From positions 155,761-219,760 of the forward strand of contig NW_018404085.1 in assembly GCF_002113885.1 (NCBI RefSeq): a stretch of DNA of 64,000 nucleotides. The letters are read 5' to 3'. How positions within the stretch are numbered: the stretch's first letter is position 1; each line of letters begins with the position of its first letter. The stretch comes from Mizuhopecten yessoensis. Taxonomy: Eukaryota. Positions 1 to 13,007 of the stretch are shown one piece after another. The translations under genes and the position numbers were made by a program. A model generated the notes under the pieces. The model saw nothing but the letters and a program-made list of their open reading frames with translations. It ran no database searches and was not told the DNA's origin.

Positions 1-2215
1 TAATTGCCAGTTTGGGCCTGTAAAAAGTTGTAAAGCTAATATTTAGTTAGACTTGTCACAGTATTGATGCAGCTCATTCAATCAACGGAAATGAAGAAGG
101 CTTGGTTGTGGTATGTACCTTGGTATATATTGACTACAACTCTAGGGAAGGTCAAAAAAGAAAATCCTTGATTTTTAAATACATTAAAAGATATGTCCTG
201 TACTACACGAAAAAGAAAAACGACATTTTGTTCACTTGTTAGCCTGTCAAAATATCTTATATGGAATACACTAATTTCACAAAACAACAAAAAAAGTATA
301 TCTCCAGGGACGAGTATTTTAATAGAGTAGCCTAATTTACATGCAGTATTGGAAAAAAGGATCTGTAGTGAATGACAAAATGACAGGAAAGGTCAGATGG
401 GAAAACTTTAAACAAACTTGATGCTACTAACCAACCATACTGTAACTACATATATATCTTTTATCTGACTGTTTTCAAGATTTTACATTATTGTAGATAT
501 ATAAGAATGAATTAATGACAGAATTAGATACATTCAAAACTAGGACTGTTAGTCTCACACTTAAAACAGCACACATCATTAGGACTACACTTTGGTTCAA
601 TACATGGAATAATAAAAACCATTCCTCATGAAGAAATTAACAGGTATAGTTAACAACTATATTACATACTGATTAAGTTTCAATGAAACCTATGTGCAGT
701 ACCTATACCTTAAAAGAAGTTGTAACTTGTATGGATTTTTTTTTTGAAAAGGGTAAAGGGTGAAAAAAGGCTGAAATAAATAATAATTTGCATATCTATC
801 AAGTTCCACTTTAAATACTGCTAGAGTGTATAGGTTTTCACAAATCTATGCAGTACTAAAAACTTAAATCGTCTTGTAAGATCCTATTGTAAAATTTCTA
901 TATTTTTACCATTAAACGTTAAAACAAGTCAAAATTCTCCATTCATTAGGACCCAGTTTCAAATGTACTGCTTTAGGACAAACGTTTGTCTACGGACAAA
1001 GGACAGCCTGAGACCCCTATTTCAGTATACCCCACCCATCCCCATCTTTGCCTTGCTGTAGGGTTAATAATATTTTGTATTACGCTAGACAATTTATCAC
1101 TTACACAGAAAATGTAGAAAAAGGAAAGACAGCAGTAGAAAAAAAACGGAGAAAGGTATGTATATTGGTTACAGATACTGATAATACTGGGTATAGGTAG
1201 AGGGTTATAGGGTGGATGGCTGTCCATTTTACAAAAACAAGCATCTAACTGTAATGTGCATTCCTCTCCATTATATTCAAAAGTGTTCAAAGTTGGAAAC
1301 ACAACGACGTGAAAACAAACAAATTACAACCGTAACACGTAAGTTCTACATAACCAAGAAGCCTGGTTATTTACATCAATGGTGTAGCTTACAATGTATA
1401 AATCATGTAAAGATGAAATCTTTATCAGGTAATTTCGAAATCATTTTTTTTTTTTATCTAAAATGAACATGAAAGGTAGATGTCATAAAAACCTTAAAGT
1501 TCTGCTAAAAAAACTTCAAACAGACATATACTAATTACCGGTTTGAAGAAAATGCCAAAATATTCAATCCATTTCAGTAGAGTTTAACAAAAACCACTTC
1601 AATGGTGTGGCCATTACAGGACAAAATAACAGGTACAATACACATGTATATCAAATATCAAGACTGGCAAGTGTGTCGAGGTCAAAGATTAAAAACACTG
1701 CTGGGACTAAAACAAAATCACTAACAAGCAAGCATGCTACCTATGTAGCACTGGCCTTTCATTTAACGTGCCATATGTAATGCGTATAACTACATTTCAC
1801 TTTTCGAACTGAAGATGTAGGAAAGAAAAATATAATCAACTCCACTCATCAGTTCACACCCAATCAAAACTAACATTATTCAAAATTAAATACTTTACAA
1901 AGTCCATATTAAGGGCTATTAGCATATACAAATAATAATATTAGCTACAGGATCAATAAACCTAGACCTGGAAAAGAGTACTTCTAGATGTTTTACAATA
2001 CAGTGCTTATAGACAAATTAAAACACATTGTCAATTTTGAAAGTATTGTTTGTCTTCACTTATAACCTTTAAAGTCTTGTCTTGATACCTCAAGTTTCTA
2101 GCTAGCACCACGTCACTTGACAAAGCAAATGTCCAGTTTGTAAGTTGTATGTAGCAAGCTACATGTGATGGCACTATTGTAATGTGGAGATTCGACAACA
2201 TGCACCAGAAATGTC

Positions 2216-2397
2216 TGTGTTCAACATCTCGGTACACTAGAGCTGGTGTCCTGTTCAACAGCTCAGTACACTAGAGCTGGTGTCCTGTTCAACAGCTCAG
2301 TACACTAAAGCTGGTGTCCTGTTCACTGACTCAAGATCAGTACACCAGTGATGATGTCCTTCTGTTCACAGACTCAGTACACCAGTGCTGACGTCCT
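2216..2397. repeat. ~34-bp tandem repeat (~5 degenerate copies) overlapping the stop codon and 3'UTR of the PIMREG-like gene
   Basis: Unit AACAGCTCAGTACACTAGAGCTGGTGTCCTGTTC; the terminal copy contains the TGA stop. Confidence 0.75.
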
Positions 2398-5300
2398 TAT
2401 TCGCTGCTGCCTGGTCTGTATCCTCTCGCTACTCCGCTCACCTAGTGGGCGCATCTTCAAGCTGCCATTTGTCAGTGGAGAAACTGTTGATCGTCTAAAA
2501 ATCACAATATGTTCAGATATAGTAAGATCAGTATTAGGAGACCTCCCAAAGTAAGACTCTTAGTTTTGAACTAAAAAAACCGGTCTGTTAATAGAGTATT
2601 TCAGTAATATAGTGTAAACTGTTTTATGGAGATGTAAAAATGGTCGACTGAAAGAGAAATAATAGCTCAATATCTATAGGAGAGAGCTCTCTAGCAGATG
2701 CAACTGTATTAGTGATTCATTTGAGAAGTTTGGTTCCTACATGTTAATTATATATTTCTATTTTTAGAATTAATATTTCACACTGACTGGGTCAGAGGCT
2801 GTGTCTAGCTTACTTAAATTGATTTCCCTTCAGTTATTGATAACAAGGAGTTAATCCTTAACATATAAAATAAAATCTGACCCTCCTATTCAATGCTTTG
2901 TCTTTCATAATCTTAACATGGCCTTTTAAAAAGTGCATACAGAATTTTAAGTTTAGGATAGGAACTATTCCTTATTTTGTTTTGGCCTTAGAACCTAACC
3001 ATGTTATTAAATGTGAAACCCACCTTGTTTTGGGTCTCTGCTGCAGCCCCCCTGGAGTTAGGGTGGCTAGGGCTTGCATGTTGGAGGTGAGAGCCTCTAC
3101 CTCCTTACGCAGGCGTGTGGGGGTCTCCATGTTGTCCGTCCTGATAAAAATCAAATTTAACTCTATAACACTTTATTTAAATGCAATGTATCAATATGTA
3201 CGGTAATTGGTTCTTCAAAAAACATTTTAAAAAATATGATTTCATTACAGAACCTAAACATAGTAAATAAGATAACTGTCGATTACATATTTTATGCAAG
3301 AAAAATGCTACATTTTAAAGGTGAACTTTTAAAGTATGTGACCATGCATACACATCTAATATAGTTAAATCTTTCTTGCTTCAGTATGTCAAATTATAAC
3401 TTTTTCAATTATTATATTTTTCATCAAACTAAATCAAGGAACTTTTGGCAGTTTTGTTTAATTTCTTAACAAAGAGAATGCGAACTTACTTGGAAATTTA
3501 AGTTCTCGACCAAAATCCAACAAAAAGTAATTTGTGTACTCCGACTTACCATCTCGAAGATGTAGAAGTACGTAACCTGGTAGGTGTACGACTTGAGCTA
3601 GGTGTGTCAATCACAAACGGGGAGTACATCTTCACATCATGATGAGCAGGACGGGGTGGTGTCCTTCCTGATGTCCGGTTACCATGACGAACACCTTTTG
3701 TAGGTGATGGACTCTTTGTATCATTAGTCAACCTCTTCAACTTTCTTGTTGATAAACGAAATTTCTAAAATTATACAAAATGAGATATTAAATAAAAGAA
3801 TATTGAAAGGTTACATAATTGTAACTGTTAAAATAATAATAATCAACTTTCAAAAAGTCAACATGGATTGGGTGATTTCTACATCAGTGAACACATAGCT
3901 ATATTTTATAGATGGTAAGAGCTCTGGCATCTGTCTTGGTTATTGGATTCAAATCCCATAGCAGGGGTAGAATTAAAAAAAAGGGTAACTGGCCCAAAGG
4001 TCCATTAAAAATTCACTGGTCCTGTTTGAAGTGCACTAGTCCAGAAAACAAGTGCTGGACACTTGAGAGGGCGCCAAAGGGACTTGATACCTGTGTGGTG
4101 CATTCTGGACTTAAAATAACGCTTTTCAAACCTGCTGAAATTTTAGATAATTTACAAAATATCTACTGGCCCTGTGGGATAGCTTGTTGAATAACCTACT
4201 TGTCCACCCAGAAAACCACTGGCCACAGGTTAGTGGACCAGCAGTTAATTCCACCCCAGCCTAGTCTGGCCCGGATCATGTTCCCTCACCTGTTACAGTG
4301 GTGTCTAGGACCAACTCTAGTTCTTGTATGTTATTTTGCAAGGGGACACTCAAACTTTGGTTGAAATTAAATGTTGCCAAACTCCATAGGAGAAGATTTA
4401 AAAAAGGGAAAGAGGTGGGTACCTTCATAAAGTTGATCGTTTTCAAACAAAACATTTTTTTTTATATTATCACCTTTAAACAGCTAGCAGTATTTAGATT
4501 CATTTTTGATTACCAGAGTTTAAGCCCTTTTTTCTGCAGTTGGAATTTATTCATACATTGTCATAAATTTTACAATTGAATTTTTCTTCTTGTGGCTACA
4601 TAAAATAAGAATAGTCCAATCTTTTAAACAAGTTATCTGGAGTAAATAGACAAAATTATTCCTTTGTAATTAATATATTTGCAAATGCTAAAATTTATCT
4701 CATGTTTATTCTCCCATGACAAAAATGTCAAATCAAATGGCATCTTTCAAAAATGTACATCCCACCACTTTAGGTGACAAGTGAGCCCTGACATTTGCCA
4801 TTATAACATCGGAGTTACATACTAAAAGGTGTCACTATGGTATTTGGTAATAACAACCCTTGAATTTGAGCGGGAAGTACTATAGGCATATAATGTACAT
4901 GACTCACAGGTTTTAGGATCAGAGTTGGCATGACTCCAGGGTTTCTCTCTGGAGACATAAAGCCGGGATTTAGATTGAGAGACTGATAACTGGGTTTATG
5001 GGCCTGTACTTCTGACGTTACATATTGTAGTCATTATCTTGTCTACATAATGGCCTTCAAATTCACGTCAATGAATTCTGCGAAGTGCAATGTATTTTTA
5101 TCTGTCAGAATTTGAAATATATGTCCATTTTTTCTACAATTTGTAAGCACAGTGTTGCATGTAAACTTAAGTACATGTTAGTAATGATTGTTTAATGCTT
5201 ATAGGAATAATATAACATCTTAACATGAAGCAAAAACTTGTTTCGGTATACATCAGGATAAGCTGTCACTTGACATTCCTGTTTGGATAAGCTGCTAGAT

Positions 5301-5953
5301 AAACACCAGTCGGAGACCAGGTTATCAAAACATTACAAGCCAAACACAGGGGCGCTTGTTGTTTCAAGTAAAACAAATGATCTTACACTGGACAGAACGA
5401 GACAACTTTTTGTCAGTTGAATTAGATGCGTGTATGCCGCCTAAAATGTGAAAGAATTTGGTGACTCATCCGAAAAAAATGACATTCAAATATTACTGAC
5501 GATGACTGTTATATATTTGAAAATTTGAAATATAAAAATAACATACATTGACATTAAACATCGTATTCCAACATGTTTGAAACGTAAACAATGCGTCGTT
5601 ATTGATTGTCAACAGACAGGTGATCAATCACAATAATGATTTATTGATACGCAAATGGTATGATGAACACCATAAAAATCGAAAAGAATACAATGATTTT
5701 TTACCTGTTTCAAAGAACCGACAGCTTCGCGAACTGACTTCGTAAGAGTTGAATTCCTTTCAAACTTTGGTTTTTGGTTTCCACGGTTTTTCAATGGATG
5801 GATTGCGTGGCGCTGTGTCGGAATATCTCCTTCGGAAATGGCACGCTTGTACTTTGGTGTGTTGAAATACATATTTTCTTTTCCTTCTAAAACGTTATAC
5901 TTTTTGCCTGGCAGCCACGATAAGCGGAACGACTTTCTCAGATTTGTAGACAT
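2374..5953 (-). CDS. Spliced gene, 233-aa basic proline-directed-phosphosite-rich protein, PIMREG/FAM64A (RCS1)-like candidate mitotic regulator
   Basis: Exons 5953-5705, 3764-3550, 3140-3024, 2494-2374, all GT-AG with compatible phases (0,2,2), 702 nt total. Protein MSTNLRKSF...GKENMY...KSVREAVGSLKQKFRLS...MYSPF...TPTRLRKEVEALTSNMQALATL...RTSALVY*. KEN box and many TP/SP sites. Family call comes from remembered resemblance to PIMREG blocks and is tentative. Confidence 0.75.
3962..4259. mobile_element. MITE (probably hAT-like) inserted into a tRNA-like repeat remnant
   Basis: Termini CAGGGGTAGAATTAA ... TTAATTCCACCCCAG are imperfect inverted repeats; the flanks join to GGATTCAAATCC|TAGTCTGGCCC...CTGTTACA. 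Confidence 0.5.
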
Positions 5954-6040
5954 CTTGTTATAGTTGTAGATGTTGTGACTGTTTTAAATGAACCGCCAAG
6001 CTTTATGACCTCCCACCATTTACGGCAATCAGCTGTGTGA

Positions 6041-6075
6041 TCACGTGGGTTTGAATCTTGGGCGCGTTTGATTGG
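6041..6075 (-). promoter_or_regulatory. Cell-cycle-type promoter cluster: CHR (TTTGAA 6050-6055), E2F/CDE-like TTGGGCGCG (6058-6066), CCAAT box (6071-6075), E-box CACGTG
   Basis: Motifs read directly about 100 bp upstream of the ATG at 5953; the combination matches DREAM/MuvB-NF-Y regulated G2/M promoters. Confidence 0.6.
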
Positions 6076-6719
6076 TGCTGTACAGAGCGGATACGCAACC
6101 GCTAGGCGTTATGATTACCTGACAAATAACAACTAATTAGGCGATAACGACGTTCTGGACTAATAAGGACAAAAGAAAACAAGATGACACATGTATTATA
6201 TCAATTAGATGTAGTTAATCGGTCAATAAAACTGATAATAGGTATTTTTGAACAAAGAATGATTTATTAAGTTAAGACCGTTAATTATTTACAATCTATC
6301 CAATTATTACACGTTGTTTGACCTGCCCTACATTTCAGATTTTTTTTTTTTTTGTTAACGGTTTTGGTAGGGATACTTTATGAAATTGAAGCCTTCTAAT
6401 GTTTAGAACTGAACTCATGATTTTTGATAGTTTTTATAGATAAATTATTCTTAGCTAACGTTAGGTTGCATACAGAATAAAAATAATTGAATCCCATCAA
6501 AATTGGATTGATATTGAAATAGTTATTTGAAATTTATTTGAAATTAAAGTGATAAAAATAATGAAAGTTTTGTAGCCAGACCGGGCTTTTACACCAGCAA
6601 TTTGTATTACATTTTGAAATTCTCTGTAAGCTAGCTGTCAGTGTGAGCGTAATCAATATTTACATTTACTCAATATAACAATTATATTTATAAATTGATA
6701 AGTTACTTATGGTAAATCA

Positions 6720-9400
6720 GTTTGGGTGTTTCAAAATAAGTTTTGCCATTTGGCCCATTCTCTTTGAAACTGGTTTAAGTAGCTTTCTACCTTACTTCTA
6801 GCAATGTATTTTTGAGTTGTACATGTATATGTATCTTTAAGTGTATTTTTCAGGGCAATAATGCAGAGTTCATTCTTGAGGTACCTTGATTTGTAGATAT
6901 ATTGTTTTATTGTAAAGATGATCATATTATCCACTTTTCTGTTTATTCCATTCTGACGATATGTACCAAAAAGAAAAGATTTCTTATTAAATTCAAATGG
7001 AATGAACAGTGAACTCAACAAATTTTCTAAGTTTACAAGTAAAGTTTGAACTTTTTCACAGTTCCATAGCGTATGCTCTATCGTTTCAATTTCTATTTTA
7101 CAAATGTTTCAATAAGGACTGTCTACTAACCCAGCTTTAAATAGATACGAAAATGTTGTTAGAATATGGTGATTAACCGTAAACTGGAACCATTGCAATT
7201 TTATACTTTTTGTTACAGAAAAAGGGAGTTTAAAAATCATTTTCCAATCACCTTTATCAAATTCAAATTGTTCATCCCATTTTATTGTTCCACTTGCAAT
7301 TATATCATTTTTACTAAGCACATTATAAAAATCTTTTGCACCTTTCTGTTTTTTAGCAAATATTTGTAATTTTCTTGGAATAAAAGGATAGTCTATTTTT
7401 GGATGGGTCAAGTTAGACCGACTGCTAAGCTCCTTTATAGTAAGAAATTTGCTCTAACACCATATATTTCTCTTAATTCAAAAAAACTGAGGAAGTTGTT
7501 GTTATCCTTTTTTAAGTTATTAACTACTACAACTCCCTTCCTATACCAATCCTTATAAAATACACTATTATTATCTATTTTGATTTTTTTCGTTAAACCA
7601 TATAGGCATGTCAGAGATCTGTTTATTTTTCCTCAAGAATAGTATGATTTTTCCACGCAAGAAAGATATCTTTCCAGAAAAGATTTTTACAGTTAGTATG
7701 ACAAAAGGAAATATAGTCTGATCCACAATTTACAAGAAGGTTTTTTAATGAGTCTACAAATGATTTAATATGAAGGTTTTTGAGACCACCATCAGAAAAG
7801 TTTTTAATAATTACATCTCTTTTATTTTATCAATCTTACTATTCCAGAAGAAGTTATATATTTCTGTATTTATCTTTTTGATAAATGTATTACTAGGATT
7901 TGGTAAAGCGATAAATAAGTGATTACATTGAGAAATTAGGATAGACTTTATTATATTTATTCTCCCTATTGGTGTAAGTATTCTCCTACTCCAAGTCTTC
8001 ATCAAAGCTTTAAGTTTTACTAGTTTTTTTTATCAAAATTTATTTTTGGAATACGATGTAGATCAACATGAAAATCAATGTCCAGAAGTGTAAACCTTGT
8101 AAATTCCATTCATTAGCCATAACCTCATCACTATTTTTTTACTCCCTATCCAAACTACTTCGGTTTTTCCCAAATTCATTTTTAATCCTGATTTTTTTTC
8201 AACGTTTTTCAATTCTTTTATATATTCTCTAAGTGATGTTTCTGATCCGTCCTGAATTAAAGATGTGTCGTCAGCATATTGTGAAAGTAAAATAGGTTGT
8301 TCATCTTCAAGTACTTTTTAACCTTTGATATTCTTGTTATTTTTTATATTGATTGCCAAAATTTCCGAACAGAGGATGAAAATATCAGGTGATATCGGAT
8401 CACCTTGTCGGCAACCGCTTTTTATATCAAAGAATTTTGATAGATTCCCCACTGAATAATTGCCAAATTAGAGTTTTTTTGAAAAGTTTTTACCCATATT
8501 TTAATACTATGTCCAAAATTAAAGAAATCCAATACTTCATCAATAAATTTCAAGGATACAGAATCAAAAGTTTTTTCAAAGTCTATCATGAATAACATCC
8601 CTGGTATATAGGTGGATTGGTCGAGTGGTTAACACTTAGGCCTTCCACGCAGACGACCGGGGTTAGATCCTCGGAGTCGTAGTACGCATGGAATATTAGA
8701 GAAAGTGTTTTTCTCCTGCTCACACAACTCCAACAACCCAGGTGGAGTATAAAATGGTCTGGGGTGGATGTTGCGGTATCTGTGCTGTAGCATTCGAGGT
8801 GGCACTATAAAAGATGCCGTTGGAAGCACGGTCCCACTACAAAACAGAACACAATACATCTCCAACACACACGCAGGCATACATACATAGGGAGATATTA
8901 GCCAGGTGGCATAGGACTAGTAGCTAGCGCCTGATAAAGCAGCTCCTGCGAATTCCTAAAAAAAAAATTTAATTAATATGCTAATTTTATTAACTGTATA
9001 TCTATGTACTGTAAAGCGCTTTAGAGTGGCTTATGTTAGCTAGATAGGGCGCTATATCAAATGTTGTATATAATTATTATTATTATATTTTATTTTCCTT
9101 TGTAAATTGCATTATATCATAGATTAACCTGGTGTTTTCCCCAATCTATCGCCCAGAAATAAAACCTGTTTGATCTGTATTAATAAGTTTATCTAAGACT
9201 GTTTTTATTCTACCTGCTATTGTTCCAGAAGCTATCTTATATTCTATATTTAAAAGAGAAATAGGTCTCCAGTGTTTTAGGAATTGACGTTGCTTGTCTC
9301 CCTTTGGTAAACAAGTAATTATGTCCTGTTTTTGAGTTACAGATAATTCACCATTTTCATAACTATTGTTAATAGATATTACTACAAAAATATCTAACTG
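6720..9400 (-). mobile_element. Degenerate L1/Tx1-clade LINE ORF2 (reverse transcriptase to C-terminal region), 5'-truncated
   Basis: Fragments ITCLPKGDK..WRPISLLNIEYKI..DQTGFISGR, MIDFEKTFDS, SQYADDTSL, TWSRRILTPIGRINIIKS, KLQWFQFTVNHHIL; frameshifts and stops. Confidence 0.9.
8611..9087 (+). mobile_element. tRNA-derived SINE with L2-type tail nested in the LINE
   Basis: A box TGGTCGAGTGG, B box GGTTAGATCC, 3' GTAAAGCGCTTTAGAG...GGGCGCTATATCAAA, (TTA)n tail; it splits the LINE motif KENKI|PGMLFMIDFEK. Confidence 0.85.
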
Positions 9401-9419
9401 TTTCCAATCTGTTTCCAAT

Positions 9420-9838
9420 TCATTTAGATAATTAAAACTTACATACATTCTTATTACATTTTACCTATATACATATAGATCCAACCATATCCATATGCAC
9501 ACGTGAACCTGCTTTTACAGATCATACATATATCTACTCTACTAATTCATATGTGAAGAAAAAATCACACAAATATCTACTCACTGGCTACACATGATAA
9601 TGTTTGTATCTATTCCTGGTGATATTGAAATTTTAATCTTAAAATATTTTACATATATGTACACATGTGGCATGCCTGCAATTACATATTACAGTCTACA
9701 CATGAATAACACATATGTACATGATATATGACCATATATGTATATCCATACTGAGTTTATGTTTTATTCATAAACAGGTTAGTGAGTTAGTACGTAGTTA
9801 CATTCGTACACATATGTGTAAATATACATACCTATTAG

Positions 9839-9874
<36 letters not shown>

Positions 9875-10480
9875 CAATAAACACTAGTATAAGCAATCAG
9901 CTACACCTATGTCAATTTAAATACATGTAATTACTTTCTTACATTTACAGATAAGTAAACTATGTGTACATATGCATACACATCTGCAGATACATTACAG
10001 GTGTACATAGTATGCGTAAATCACATGTACACATGCGTACGAACGTACATCTACAAAAACAGAAGTTTTTTTATTAACAAACACATATACTGCTCTTGTT
10101 CACATGTGTATAATTACCTATTAGCCATTAACATGTACTCTTGCTCTTTTTACATTTGACGTATTGATACAAGTCCAGACATACATTTATGCTTATGCAT
10201 GCACCCATCCCATATATCGAACTACCGGTAATACAGGTGTACATATAACATGTGTACATGTACACACACATACAAACAAGCATTTTTATATATATACACC
10301 TGTTGTTAGTAATCAACCCTTATTTTTCTAACACTATATATAGGTCTGTAGCTCACTCATGTAAACATGTCCGTAAACAAATACATGTGTACATGTAGCA
10401 CTTGTACACTACATGTATATAGGTGTGTGTACACATGTGTGCACATGAGCAGCCATGTATACAAATCAACAAATATGATT
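9420..10480. repeat. Low-complexity ACATGT/TACA-rich region with (TA)n microsatellite at 9840-9873
   Basis: Dense alternating purine-pyrimidine motifs; no coherent ORF. Confidence 0.6.
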
Positions 10481-13007
10481 CCACTTCCCCATTGAAGATA
10501 TCTCAAAATAAATTAGAATATGGTTGAAAATGCAATGACTAATAATACATTATATTCTCAAATCTGAGTATCAGCATAATCACAAACCAAACGACTTAGT
10601 GTACCTGATTTTTTTCGATTTTTTTTTTGTACACACCCTTCATTCCATACACCACATTTCTTTCATTTTTGTCATATATCAGGTGCTTCGGTATTGATCT
10701 ACAATTGAACATAAAAAATATCAACACAGTATCACACCTCACTGGTATCATGTTTTTATTTTTATTTAAGACGCCAATTTGATAAGCAAAAAGGTATGAT
10801 ATATATAGTTTACAGAAAAACAGGCTAATTTTATGCAAGATATCCTCAAGACATTTATAAAAAACACAGTGCCTCTGATTATTATCTATACATAATTTTT
10901 AAAGTATCTAATCGATGACAATATTGCTACGGTGTTGGGTCATTTTTTTAGGGCATGTACATGTTGTTTGAAAATTGTCATACATCATTATTATGTAGTA
11001 AGTTATTTGTTGGAAATAATAAGAAATATCACCTCTCAAAGTCTGGCAGTGTCTTTTTTCGTCCCCGTTTCACTTTTTTAATCATAATGAAATATCAATT
11101 TAATTTTTCCTCTTGATTTTTTTTAATGCTAAATATAAAGTATTTAAATCATTTATATTGAAATGACATATATTAGAGAAAAAAAAGTTAAAACGCTAAA
11201 TTACACTCTAATAACACGCAAATGGCACCATAGCGTTTCTGGATTTCAATTCCCCCTGTTTGTCTATACAACAATTCTTGACGGCACTTGTAGGTTCTGG
11301 AACTGTTCGTAGTAACGTACTTTAAATACCTCACAAAGAAGCTGAAAGAAACATGATTTGTTTATGACGTAATGGGTATAAAGAGCGTTACATCACCAAA
11401 GTCACGTGTATATACGTCTCTGATTACCCTCCGACTTTTGGGAGATCAAGACCGTTATCATTTACAGCATCAGAGAAACCAATTAATGATCTCTGAGCAA
11501 TAATGATTTCGGAGGGAAAACAAGCCTTTGATCCGGACACGCGCGTGTAGCTGGTCAGTGGTAAATGATGTGAATGTTCATCATGTGATCATCACCACCC
11601 TACTCACATCCCCGACAATTCTGTGTAGCCATCTAGTGGCACCCAGTACCTTAGCTTGTAAATACGCAATACCGATGATCAATTCAGCCAAATCGTTTGC
11701 TATCTAAGTCCGTGATCGTACAAACATTGAATCATACTTCGGACCAGTATGATGATGTGATGATATTATGGACGAATCTATATGTTATTGACAACGACAG
11801 GGTATTCTTATTATGATTTCAACACTGTCTAGAGATTGATTCTAACGTATGGAACATATTAGAGTAAACACCGACATATAAAGTTAACAAACTTTGCATT
11901 AAATTTAAGAACCATTCATAAGTACATATATAGTGAATTATATTTTAACACATGCTATGGTTAGAAATTAAATAGTAATGCAGATTTGTTGATGTGCATG
12001 CCTATTTGTGTACATGGCAGCTACGCCCCTGTCCGGAAACGTACCTACTACCCTCTAATTTTTATTTTGTATCTGACCATCATCAGAATTAATATCAGTG
12101 AGTGGACTATAAGGCCGCTGACCACTAAGAGTGATTGTTTATCGTTGACCTTGGCTACGTTTATGATGATGAGATGCGATCTAAGAGCTGCTGACATTTA
12201 CCGGCTGACCGCTCCTCATACACTACGGTAAATATTCGCTGATGTCGATGATAACATTTCGGTGATGCTTCAAATTCCATGTCGGTTTAAAGCGGAGAGT
12301 AACATAATCTACAAATAAAGAGGATACATGGTAGAGGGCACAGGACACATAATACATAGTTAGTGCAGGGTAGAGTGTGCATTGTGTGTGTGTGTGTGTG
12401 TGTGTAGGGGGTGGGGATTGGGGGTAGAGGGTACTAGAATCAGGTACACAGTTCGTAGGTCGGTTATCTTCATGAAACCGGAATTCCAACAAGTACATGC
12501 ATTACCCACAGAAACTGTGCAGTGCGCAGTACCATGTATTTCAAACGAGTGCAGAATATTTAGTGATATAATGTCCGAGCTGTACAGTAAACCATTAAAG
12601 ACATCTTTATAAAATTCAACTCCCACTTTTAACTTAGTTTTCGTTCGAACAGACGAGATCTTTATTTCTTTATTCAATTGTTTATTTATTTATTTTGAAA
12701 TAAAATATCGACTGTCGCTATAATTATGTATGTATTTACCAGGGACTTATCTGATGCCGTGGTATTACATAGAATGCATAAGCATCGACTGATCTCCCCA
12801 ATCGTTGAATTCTAAGTATAAACAAGTATATTTACTACATATCGATTGTGGCGGGTGTTTACCGCAGCCTAACTATGTATTTCCGTAACAGGAGAGACAG
12901 AAGAGGAGAGGAGGATAGTACCACTAACAAAGGTACAGGTAAACACTATCGTAACCCCCCATCTCGTACATATCAACGGGCGCTGGTCAGGCGAACCTAC
13001 AGTAAAG

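Noticed and set aside
8611-8680. Possible tRNA genes (also 43360-43426, 46503-46565, 47440-47505)
   Set aside because: They have A/B boxes but no intact cloverleaf and are embedded in SINE or TRIM bodies.
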